Shown: positions 57,288-64,000 of the stretch, piece by piece
How the letters are laid out: each line of letters opens with the position of its first letter
Numbering within the stretch: the first letter of the stretch is position 1
Origin: Candidatus Omnitrophota bacterium
GTDB lineage: Bacteria > Omnitrophota > Gorgyraeia > Zapsychrales > JANLHA01
Reading direction: 5' to 3'
Assembly: GCA_020632535.1 (NCBI GenBank)
Contig: JACKFJ010000005.1
Coordinates: forward strand, 200-64,199
Length of the DNA stretch: 64,000 bases
Notes under the pieces: generated by a model
The model's input: the letters and a program-made list of their open reading frames with translations, nothing else
The model's database searches: none
Told to the model about the DNA's origin: nothing
Position numbers and translations under genes: made by a program

Positions 57288-58088
57288 TTAATTTAAATAC
57301 GAACTTAATCTTTTTTGCCACCCCACCAGCCATCTCTTTTCATTGCGTTGAGGCGGAGAATTTTTAACTCTTTCTTCAAGAATAATCTTAGCGACTCTCA
57401 CAAATTCACGCAAGACCTGTTTTTCATCTTCCATCCTTTCCATAGCTAACAAAACTTGCAGTAATCCCCATCCCTTTCCCTGATATCGTTCGCTTTGCGA
57501 CACACCCAGCCCTTTAAAGTTCACATAATCAATCAGGGCAAAAGTTCCCTCGCGCGTACTGGACATATGATCAAATTGTTGTTGTATACGAAGTCGGTTT
57601 TCTGGCGAGGTGTTTGCTAGTATCAGGGGTAAAGCCTTCTCGAAACGATTGATGATAAATTCACTCTGCTTAGACTTTGTCTTATTTAAAAACTGCTGCA
57701 ATTCTCGAGCTTTTTGATTATGGCGATTACGTAAAAAATCTTCTCGCGTTAGCCACGGGCATCCGGGAAAAGGTTTTGTATTTAACCAAGCGGGTAATTC
57801 TTCGCCACTTGATTTTAAATAATCTAGAAGCTTTATAAAACCCTCATCAAAGGGTCCCTGCCTATCGCTGGGATACCATATGAAATGGCCGATCCCCAGC
57901 GACAAAAATTCTTCCCCGTCATTCCACTCTAGGAGGTGTTCACTTTTACTAGAACACTCATTCTCATAAATTTTGTCGCCGATCCATTGCACCTGACTTG
58001 CCGTCAAAGTTATTTTTTTGGCCAATACACAGGTCGGATGACTTAATAAAAGCAAAATAACAATGCTTATATTAAAAATAAGTATCAA
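57288..58088 (-). CDS. secreted hypothetical protein (266 aa)
   Basis: N-terminal signal-like segment (IVILLLLSHPTCVLA). Distinctive segments LSLGIGHFIWYP and GKGWGLLQV, but no family that I can name. Confidence 0.55.
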   Translation of the reverse strand: MILIFNISIVILLLLSHPTCVLAKKITLTASQVQWIGDKIYENECSSKSEHLLEWNDGEEFLSLGIGHFIWYPSDRQGPFDEGFIKLLDYLKSSGEELPAWLNTKPFPGCPWLTREDFLRNRHNQKARELQQFLNKTKSKQSEFIINRFEKALPLILANTSPENRLRIQQQFDHMSSTREGTFALIDYVNFKGLGVSQSERYQGKGWGLLQVLLAMERMEDEKQVLREFVRVAKIILEERVKNSPPQRNEKRWLVGWQKRLSSYLN

Positions 58089-58131
58089 TTTAAAAACGAT
58101 GGCGTTTTAAATGTTAATGATTACTTAAATT

Positions 58132-58416
58132 TTATTTTTTTCGTGGTGACTTTACTAAAGTAGCCACATTCGTACCAAGTTGATAAATCACAACAACATC
58201 GCCTCCAGTGACCAAATTAGTATCTATTGCCCCCCGAACAGTAAATCTTGTTTCCTTTCCAGCATGATCTTTCACAACAACTTCATTTTTACTTCGGTCG
58301 ACTGATACCAGTTTTCCTCTAAAAACATCTCTGTCCTTACGAAGTGCCGCAAAACTCGGCGATGTTAATCCAACGACAAAAGCTAATGCTAGAATAAAAA
58401 TTGCTGTTTTCTTCAT
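58132..58416 (-). CDS. small secreted protein (94 aa)
   Basis: Clear signal peptide (AIFILALAFVVGLTSPSFA) followed by a short beta-rich domain. Family unknown. Confidence 0.6.
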   Translation of the reverse strand: MKKTAIFILALAFVVGLTSPSFAALRKDRDVFRGKLVSVDRSKNEVVVKDHAGKETRFTVRGAIDTNLVTGGDVVVIYQLGTNVATLVKSPRKK

Positions 58417-58452
58417 TTTGATCCCCCCTGTTTTATTAATGAACTACGTTTA

Positions 58453-58881
58453 TTAATTTGTGTTTGCTTTAAGTTCCGACCAAGTCATTGGACCAACTTT
58501 GCCATCCGCCTTTAACCCATGCTCTTTCTGAAACTTCATAATTGCATCCTGAGTCTTGGCACCCATTTTCCCATCAATATTTCCGTTATAATAACCAGCT
58601 TTTTTCAGAGCTTTTTGAATTTGCGTTACGGATGGCGACGAGTTGAGACTTTCGACACTTTTAATTCTTGTTGAATTTGATTGCGGATATGACGACTTTA
58701 CTTGCCCTTGACTTTTGCGCTCCCTCTGCGCAATCTCATTTTCCTTAGCGCTTAACTCTTCTTCCAAAAATTTTATATGATTTTCACATTGAAGAAGTTT
58801 TGCACTTGAGTCATTAGTGGTTGTAGCACATCCAACAAAAAATAAAACACACAACATTGGCATAAGAAATCTACTCAACAT
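58453..58881 (-). CDS. lipoprotein with coiled coil and C-terminal peptidoglycan-binding (PG_binding_1-like) domain
   Basis: Lipobox LFFVGC. C-terminal VTQIQKALKKAGYYNGNIDGKMGAKTQDAIMKFQKEHGLKADGKVGPMTW. SD GGGAGG. Confidence 0.8.
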   Translation of the reverse strand: MLSRFLMPMLCVLFFVGCATTTNDSSAKLLQCENHIKFLEEELSAKENEIAQRERKSQGQVKSSYPQSNSTRIKSVESLNSSPSVTQIQKALKKAGYYNGNIDGKMGAKTQDAIMKFQKEHGLKADGKVGPMTWSELKANTN

Positions 58882-58883
58882 CC

Positions 58884-59282
58884 CTACCTCCCAGTTTCAA
58901 GTTTACGAAGTTCCTGAGTTGTTTTAACATTTATGACACCACTCTCCTGAAGATTCCGCGACTTTTGAAATTGCTTTATAGCCCTGACAGTCCCTTGCCC
59001 AACCTTTCCATCAACATCCCCTTTGTAAAAGCCTTCCCTTTTCAATAATGACTGCACTTCCTTAATTTGATACGGTGCTTTACTCACGTTGAAGCGTTCA
59101 ATCTTTTGCAGAGGCTTAGGCTGAACTTCTTCTCCTCGAGAATTGACATTGGTAATATTCACAACGGATAAATCTTTTTTTTGAGCAACGTCACGAAAAG
59201 AGTTAACCAAGTATTTCGTCATAGGCTTAAAAAACAATAGTCCCGCGACGCTGAGGACAACCAAGACTACTATCAATCGCAT
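58884..59282 (-). CDS. membrane-anchored peptidoglycan-binding (PG_binding_1-like) protein
   Basis: N-terminal TM (LIVVLVVLSVAGLLFF). C-terminal IKEVQSLLKREGFYKGDVDGKVGQGTVRAIKQFQKSRNLQESGVIN. Confidence 0.8.
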   Translation of the reverse strand: MRLIVVLVVLSVAGLLFFKPMTKYLVNSFRDVAQKKDLSVVNITNVNSRGEEVQPKPLQKIERFNVSKAPYQIKEVQSLLKREGFYKGDVDGKVGQGTVRAIKQFQKSRNLQESGVINVKTTQELRKLETGR

Positions 59283-59365
59283 CCTTTAATCCCCGCATCA
59301 CTGATGATCAAATTTCTCAGCATAGTTTCCCCAGCACTAAAATGTTTCATACGAATTAACTTTAG

Positions 59366-59415
59366 CAAATGAAAATGAGAACAAAATGAAACCAAAATGA
59401 AAATTCTCTCATTTT
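59366..59415 (-). promoter_or_regulatory. 11-bp-phased direct repeats (TCATTTT on the minus strand), candidate response-regulator binding sites
   Basis: AAAATGA at 59372, 59383 and 59394 (exact 11-bp spacing), a CAAATGA at 59366 and an inverted TCATTTT at 59409..59415. They lie between the HK stop (59430) and the ATG at 59282. Confidence 0.45.
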
Positions 59416-59429
59416 AATTATTGGAGATT

Positions 59430-60932
59430 TTAAGCGAGCGGCAAGGTCACAATAAAGATTGAACCTTGATGAATTTGGCTTTGTACTTCAATTTTACCTT
59501 GGTGGGCTTTAGCAACCGACTGAGCGATATTGAGTCCCAAGCCACTTCCTTTAAGAGGATTTTCATCACGCATTGGGACCTGAAAAAATCTATCAAAAAT
59601 ACTTGAGAGGTATTCTTCGGGAATACCGACGCCTTTATCGCTAATACTGATTTTTAAAGCACTTCCTTCTTTAAAAATCTTAATTGATATTTTCTGAGCA
59701 GTCGGCGTAAATTTAATAGCATTGTGAATGATATTAAAAAACAACCTCCTCAAATGCAAAGAATCTCCTTCAATAAAAATCTCATCCTTTGGAAAAGCAC
59801 AAATAACTTCAATATTTCTTTCTTCAGCTAAAAGTTTTGCTTTATCGAGAATCGGATTAAAAAACTCTTTAAAATCAAAGCGTTCAAACCTCAAAAATTC
59901 TGGACGATAATCGAGCTTGGCCAAAAGGAGCAAATCCTCAACAACACGGATTATCTTCTCAATTTCGTCCATATTTTCCTTTAATACTCTTTTATACTCT
60001 GGCGCACTTTGATCCATGCGCAAAGCGACTTCTGTTTCACCACGCAAAATCGCTAAAGGAGTCTTTAATTCGTGCGCAACCTGTGAACTAAACTCTTCAA
60101 TATGTTTGAATGAATTTTCCAAGCGGGCGATCATATCATTGAAAGAATCTGCCAAAACTTTCATTTCTTCGTCGACGTCATCTGCTCTAAGTCTTTTGGA
60201 TAAATCTCGAGAGCCAATTTGCCGAGCCATTAAAACAATATTATTAACTGGCCGCAGAATACGATCCGCCAAAAATCGGCCCAAAAAAGCTGTCACTAAT
60301 AAAATGATGGGAATACTCACCATGAAAAGATGCTGTCTGTGTCGTAATAAATCAATAATAGGTTTTTCAGACGAAGCAATGAGAACCACAATCTGCCGTC
60401 CGTTGGGTAAGGATATTACAGACTGGACTTGTCGATAATACTTTTTGTGGATTGTAACATCTTTGAAACTATCATCTTGTATATACGATTTCAAACTTGG
60501 TATAAATTTCCTTATGACATCTTGAGGTATATTTTGCGATGAGAATATTGGATTTCCGTCCAGCTCAAAAAAAGCCAACATGTCCTGACTCAAATCCAAG
60601 CGATCAAATCTTACAAACCATTTTTCTTCATCCGACAAAGGCTCACCACCTGTTTTTTTCTTTTTGACGGCGATGAGACTGGATTTTGGTGGATACTGAA
60701 ACGAAAAAATCCGTTGAATAACTGTATTTAAATCTTCCCCCGCTGACGCGGCTAATTCATCACTAATAATATTGCCAATTTCATTAACTTTTGCGGAAAT
60801 ATCTTCATCAAGATCATTAATCAAATACTTTGAAAGACTAACTTGAAGAAAAGCACTATAAAGGATCAGAATAATTCCTAAAATAATGGTAAACAGATTT
60901 CCAACTTTAAATTTAATGGAATTAAATTTCAT
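59430..60932 (-). CDS. sensor histidine kinase (two TM helices, HAMP, HisKA, HATPase_c)
   Basis: H-box SSQVAHELKTPLA, N box HNAIKFT, and G boxes DKGVGIP and GSGLGLNIA. Its ATG overlaps the RR stop as ATGA (60929..60932). Confidence 0.9.
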   Translation of the reverse strand: MKFNSIKFKVGNLFTIILGIILILYSAFLQVSLSKYLINDLDEDISAKVNEIGNIISDELAASAGEDLNTVIQRIFSFQYPPKSSLIAVKKKKTGGEPLSDEEKWFVRFDRLDLSQDMLAFFELDGNPIFSSQNIPQDVIRKFIPSLKSYIQDDSFKDVTIHKKYYRQVQSVISLPNGRQIVVLIASSEKPIIDLLRHRQHLFMVSIPIILLVTAFLGRFLADRILRPVNNIVLMARQIGSRDLSKRLRADDVDEEMKVLADSFNDMIARLENSFKHIEEFSSQVAHELKTPLAILRGETEVALRMDQSAPEYKRVLKENMDEIEKIIRVVEDLLLLAKLDYRPEFLRFERFDFKEFFNPILDKAKLLAEERNIEVICAFPKDEIFIEGDSLHLRRLFFNIIHNAIKFTPTAQKISIKIFKEGSALKISISDKGVGIPEEYLSSIFDRFFQVPMRDENPLKGSGLGLNIAQSVAKAHQGKIEVQSQIHQGSIFIVTLPLA

Positions 60933-61609
60933 GACGGGGGTGTCTTGCTCAAGATATATCCCGTGCCTCGCAATGTATGTATCAATTGTCGAGAAAACGT
61001 TCGATCCATTTTGTTTCGCAAATACCGGACATAAACATCAATGACATTAGTAAAACTATCAAAACTCTCATTCCAAACGTGCTCAGAAATCATCGTACGT
61101 GTAATGACCTGCTCCGGACGAAGCATAAAATATTCAAGCAAAGCATATTCTTTAGCTGTGAGATTGATTTCTTGTCCAGCACGCTTGCTTTTATGTGTCA
61201 CCTGATCAAGTTCAAGATCATCATATTTCAAAATTGTTGTCTTGCTGTCATGCTTTCGTCTTAACAGCGCCCTAACTCTTGCTAAAAATTCTTCAAAAAT
61301 AAACGGCTTGGTCAAATAATCATCCGCTCCTAAATCAAGGCCGGTAATTTTATCCTCCAAAGCATCTCTGGCGGTTAACATTAAAATTGGCGTCACATTT
61401 TTCTTTTTTCTTAACTCTCGGCAAACATAAAAACCATCCTTACCCGGCAACATAACGTCAAGAATAATCAAATCATATTCATTAATTTCCGCCGAATACA
61501 ATGCTTTTTCTGCATCATACACGACATCAACAGCATATTTTTCTTCCTTCAACCCACGTTGAATGAAGTTAGCCATTTTTCTTTGATCTTCGACAATGAG
61601 AATTCGCAT
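60929..61609 (-). CDS. OmpR/PhoB-family response regulator
   Basis: Receiver domain (MRILIVEDQ.., DLIILDVMLPGKDG, LMLTARD..KPF) and a winged-helix output domain (LTAKEYALLEYFM.., VYVRYLRNK, LRGTGY). Confidence 0.95.
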   Translation of the reverse strand: MRILIVEDQRKMANFIQRGLKEEKYAVDVVYDAEKALYSAEINEYDLIILDVMLPGKDGFYVCRELRKKKNVTPILMLTARDALEDKITGLDLGADDYLTKPFIFEEFLARVRALLRRKHDSKTTILKYDDLELDQVTHKSKRAGQEINLTAKEYALLEYFMLRPEQVITRTMISEHVWNESFDSFTNVIDVYVRYLRNKMDRTFSRQLIHTLRGTGYILSKTPPS

Positions 61610-61683
61610 AAAGTTCTTTTCTCAGGAGAGGAGACGAAATCGACAAAGTCCAAAAAAGACTTGCTTCGTTTGTAATCTATTCG

Positions 61684-61842
61684 AGATTGCCACGCCCCTA
61701 CGGGGCTCGCCCTAAAAAGGACTCGCGCTCTTCGAGGCTCTCAATGGTAAAAACAGAGACATCATTGGTTTCAATAGATCCCCGATAAAAGATTTCGGGG
61801 ATGACGTGTTTAGAAAAGATTGCCACGCCCTTTGGGGCTCGC
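61684..61842. repeat. short hairpin-forming intergenic repeats (REP-like)
   Basis: AGATTGCCACGCCC-(CTAC/TTT)-GGGGCTCGC at 61684..61710 and 61817..61842, each with a GCCC(C)/(G)GGGC hairpin. A separate hairpin ATCCCCGA-N9-TCGGGGAT lies at 61778..61802. Confidence 0.5.
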
Positions 61843-61880
61843 AATGGGCTAAAAGCGAACAGCATCCCTACCTTCTATTT

Positions 61881-62945
61881 TTACAACCAGCGTTTTCGCC
61901 GAAAATAAATCACCATCGTCCCTGCCACAATTATCATAATCCCCCACACAACAAAGTATCCAATATGTGAATCCAATTCCGGCATATATTTAAAATTCAT
62001 TCCATAAACACCGGCAATAAAAGTCAATGGAATAAAGATCGAAGCAAAAATTGTTAACACTTTCATAACTTCATTCATACGATTGCTCATCGTCGACAAA
62101 TAAATATCGTGCATGCCAGCGAGAATATCGCGAAAACTTTCAATAGTATCCATAATCTGAATAATATGATCATAAACATCGCGCAGATATATATCGACAC
62201 TCCTTGAAATCACCTTAGAATCGCCTCTTTGTAATCCGCTTAACACTTCCCGCATGGGCCAAATCTGCTTTCGCAAGTAAATAATCTCTCGCTTTAATAA
62301 ATGAACCTCCGTCGCGACTTGCGGCTTAACGTCCGTAATAATCTGCTCTTCAAGAATTTCGATACGATCGCCCAATTTTTCCAAAACCACAAAATAATTG
62401 TCAACAATGGCATCCATCAAAATATGAAGCAAGTAATCCGCACCTAAGTTCCGAACCTGCCCCACCCCTTTTCTAATCCGATCCCTGACAGCATCAAAAA
62501 CATCGCCCTCAACCTCCTGAAGAGATAAAACATAATTCGGACCAAGTATTAAACTGATCTGCTCTGACAATATCTCTTTCTTTTTGCCTGAACAATACAA
62601 CATTTTTAAAATAACCAAGACATATTCCCCATGCTGTTCCATTTTTGGACGATGCCCTGTGCTCATGATATCCTCAAGAACCAATGGATGTATTTTATAA
62701 AATTGGGCGATATCCTTGATCACATCAACGTTGCTGACACTATTGATGTTTAACCAAAGCACAGCATTTTCTTTTTTACATGAGAGACTCTCCTCAATCG
62801 TTTGAATCTGCTTTTCTTGAAAATTATCTTTATCGTATTGGATCGCTGTTATTTTAACCTTTTGATGCTTTGGTTCGTCGATAGCGACTAATGCTCCGGG
62901 ATGCAAACCAACTTTCTTTGATACTTTCTTAATAAACTTTGACAT
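61881..62945 (-). CDS. corA: CorA-family magnesium/cobalt transporter
   Basis: YGMNF signature (AGVYGMNFKYMPEL) before the last TM. 354 aa. SD AAGGGGGA. Confidence 0.9.
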   Translation of the reverse strand: MSKFIKKVSKKVGLHPGALVAIDEPKHQKVKITAIQYDKDNFQEKQIQTIEESLSCKKENAVLWLNINSVSNVDVIKDIAQFYKIHPLVLEDIMSTGHRPKMEQHGEYVLVILKMLYCSGKKKEILSEQISLILGPNYVLSLQEVEGDVFDAVRDRIRKGVGQVRNLGADYLLHILMDAIVDNYFVVLEKLGDRIEILEEQIITDVKPQVATEVHLLKREIIYLRKQIWPMREVLSGLQRGDSKVISRSVDIYLRDVYDHIIQIMDTIESFRDILAGMHDIYLSTMSNRMNEVMKVLTIFASIFIPLTFIAGVYGMNFKYMPELDSHIGYFVVWGIMIIVAGTMVIYFRRKRWL

Positions 62946-62956
62946 TGCGGTCCCCC

Positions 62957-64000
62957 TTATACTGCTTTTGTCCCTTTGACTTCAAAGACGACATCCGAAG
63001 TTTTAAGATGAATATCACGTTGAGGATAGGCGATCACAATATTGCGCTCATTAAATAATTTATTAACCGCAAAATGTAATTCGCTCAAAATCGAAAATCT
63101 CTTGTCAGGTTGATCTGTCCAGCCATACAAAATAAATCCCAAAGAATTATCACCAAAATCATAAAAAAGAACAGTTGGTTCAGGATGCTTCAATGTGTTA
63201 GGATTGGCGGCTGCCACTTCCAATAAACTTTTTTTAACTAACAAAACATCCGATCCATAGGCCACACCAACGGTCAGCTTGAAACGGATAATTTTATCAC
63301 TATAACTCCAGTTGACCACCTGCTTGGTAATAAACTCAGAGTTCGGGACGACCACCGAGATATTGTCAAATGTCTGAATCACTGTCCCGCGAGCCTTGAT
63401 CGCCTGTACTCGTCCGGGCAAATCCCCAATCTCAACCCAATCGCCGACTTTCACTGGACGTTCAATAAGCATAATGATTCCGCTAATAAAATTCTTGGCA
63501 ATTTCTTGAAGACCCAGCCCTATACCGATTCCAACTGTACCGGCAAAAACGGCAAGCGCGGCAAGATCAAATCCCAAAACCCTTAACCCCAACATGACAG
63601 CAACAAGAATCAATAAATATTTGATCGCAACAGAAATAGAATATTGAGCACTTTCATCTAATTGTGTCCGCGGATAAATATTTTTGTCTAAAAATTTATT
63701 AACCACATGTGAAAAAACATTAAAAATCCAAATCAAGAATAAAAACTGAACGAGGACCTTCATGGAAAGATGCACATTCCCAAACGAAAAAAATGCTTTT
63801 TGAAATATCTCTTTAAGAGTACTGTAATGCCCTTGATCAAATCCCCACAAACTCAATGTCGCAAAAGCAGCTAAACAAATGAATAAAAACCAAATACATC
63901 CTTTTAACGTAGCAAATAAAGGAACATCCTTTTGTGACTCACCATCAAGACCGTGAAAAAGAATGATAGCGACCCCCGTCATTAAAAGTCGATACCCTAG
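62957..64000 (-). CDS. mechanosensitive ion channel (MscS family), probably 5'-truncated by the window edge
   Basis: MscS core (GIGLGLQEIAKNFISGIIMLIERPVKVGDWVEIGDLPGRVQAIKARGTVIQTFDN). The reading frame stays open from the first ATG (63982) to position 64000, so the gene may start outside the window. Confidence 0.85.
   Translation of the reverse strand, partial: LGYRLLMTGVAIILFHGLDGESQKDVPLFATLKGCIWFLFICLAAFATLSLWGFDQGHYSTLKEIFQKAFFSFGNVHLSMKVLVQFLFLIWIFNVFSHVVNKFLDKNIYPRTQLDESAQYSISVAIKYLLILVAVMLGLRVLGFDLAALAVFAGTVGIGIGLGLQEIAKNFISGIIMLIERPVKVGDWVEIGDLPGRVQAIKARGTVIQTFDNISVVVPNSEFITKQVVNWSYSDKIIRFKLTVGVAYGSDVLLVKKSLLEVAAANPNTLKHPEPTVLFYDFGDNSLGFILYGWTDQPDKRFSILSELHFAVNKLFNERNIVIAYPQRDIHLKTSDVVFEVKGTKAV

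Noticed and set aside
61610-61880. The GC-rich structured spacer was examined as a possible tRNA or other classical RNA gene.
   Set aside because: No cloverleaf arrangement (acceptor stem, T-loop GTTCRA) is visible. The structure is explained by repeated short hairpins.
62946-62956. Looked for an Mg2+ (M-box) riboswitch upstream of corA.
   Set aside because: Only 11 bp separate the upstream MscS stop from the corA ATG, and that stretch is occupied by the SD. There is no room for a leader RNA.
1-64000. Searched for mobile-element or defence-system hallmarks: integrase, transposase, inverted terminal repeats, tRNA-flanked islands, restriction-modification, toxin-antitoxin pairs, CRISPR-Cas and retron-like ncRNA plus RT.
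   Set aside because: None of the translated ORFs of 60 aa or more shows the corresponding motifs, and no flanking direct repeats were seen. The metal and envelope blocks therefore cannot be called horizontally acquired islands on this evidence.

Overview
AT-rich 64-kb chromosomal window from an unidentified diderm bacterium; TolC, AsmA and DUF1302-type outer-membrane proteins are present, but the taxon cannot be assigned from sequence alone. I can support about 45 protein-coding genes. I saw no rRNA, tRNA, CRISPR array, transposase, integrase or phage gene. From 20.6 kb to the right edge every gene is on the minus strand. Content by block: (1) 0.2-4.7 kb, an envelope operon of a YfhO-like GT-C membrane protein, a TPR protein, DUF2203 and a BI-1/YccA protein. 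(2) 6.7-14.0 kb, a DUF1302 / SDR / DUF1329 / BNR-propeller / RND cluster, a putative hydrophobic-molecule transport system across the envelope. (3) 13.9-20.6 kb, a nitroreductase-like protein, AsmA, a GH1 beta-glucosidase and a divergent flippase. (4) 20.6-26.8 kb, a copper island with a CopA P-type ATPase, MarR, a multicopper oxidase, a TolC-like protein and a His/Cys-rich small protein. (5) 26.9-31.3 kb, a tightly translationally coupled five-gene operon: DUF2064, ArsS-type radical SAM, GT2, flavoprotein disulfide reductase and TVP38. (6) 31.4-36.8 kb, an RCK-bearing cation/proton antiporter, an SLC12-type cotransporter and a CdaA-YbbR fusion. (7) 36.8-51.8 kb, a TetR-headed alpha-glucan/trehalose operon (glgE, treS-pep2, glgB, treZ, GH57, treY) with a consensus promoter overlapped by a 36-bp palindrome. 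(8) 51.9-56.0 kb, a 1370-aa secreted glycosidase carrying six CARDB repeats with an exact 357-bp period. (9) 56.2-64.0 kb, an MscS channel, unknown secreted proteins, two peptidoglycan-binding proteins, an OmpR/HK two-component system, CorA and a second MscS cut by the window edge. The best candidates for an under-described system are the radical-SAM five-gene operon (no arsM in view) and the c-di-AMP / ion-transport / compatible-solute locus, where a cdaA-ybbR fusion is the last gene of the glucan-trehalose operon. All functional calls rest on motif recognition by eye in the supplied translations. No database search was run.
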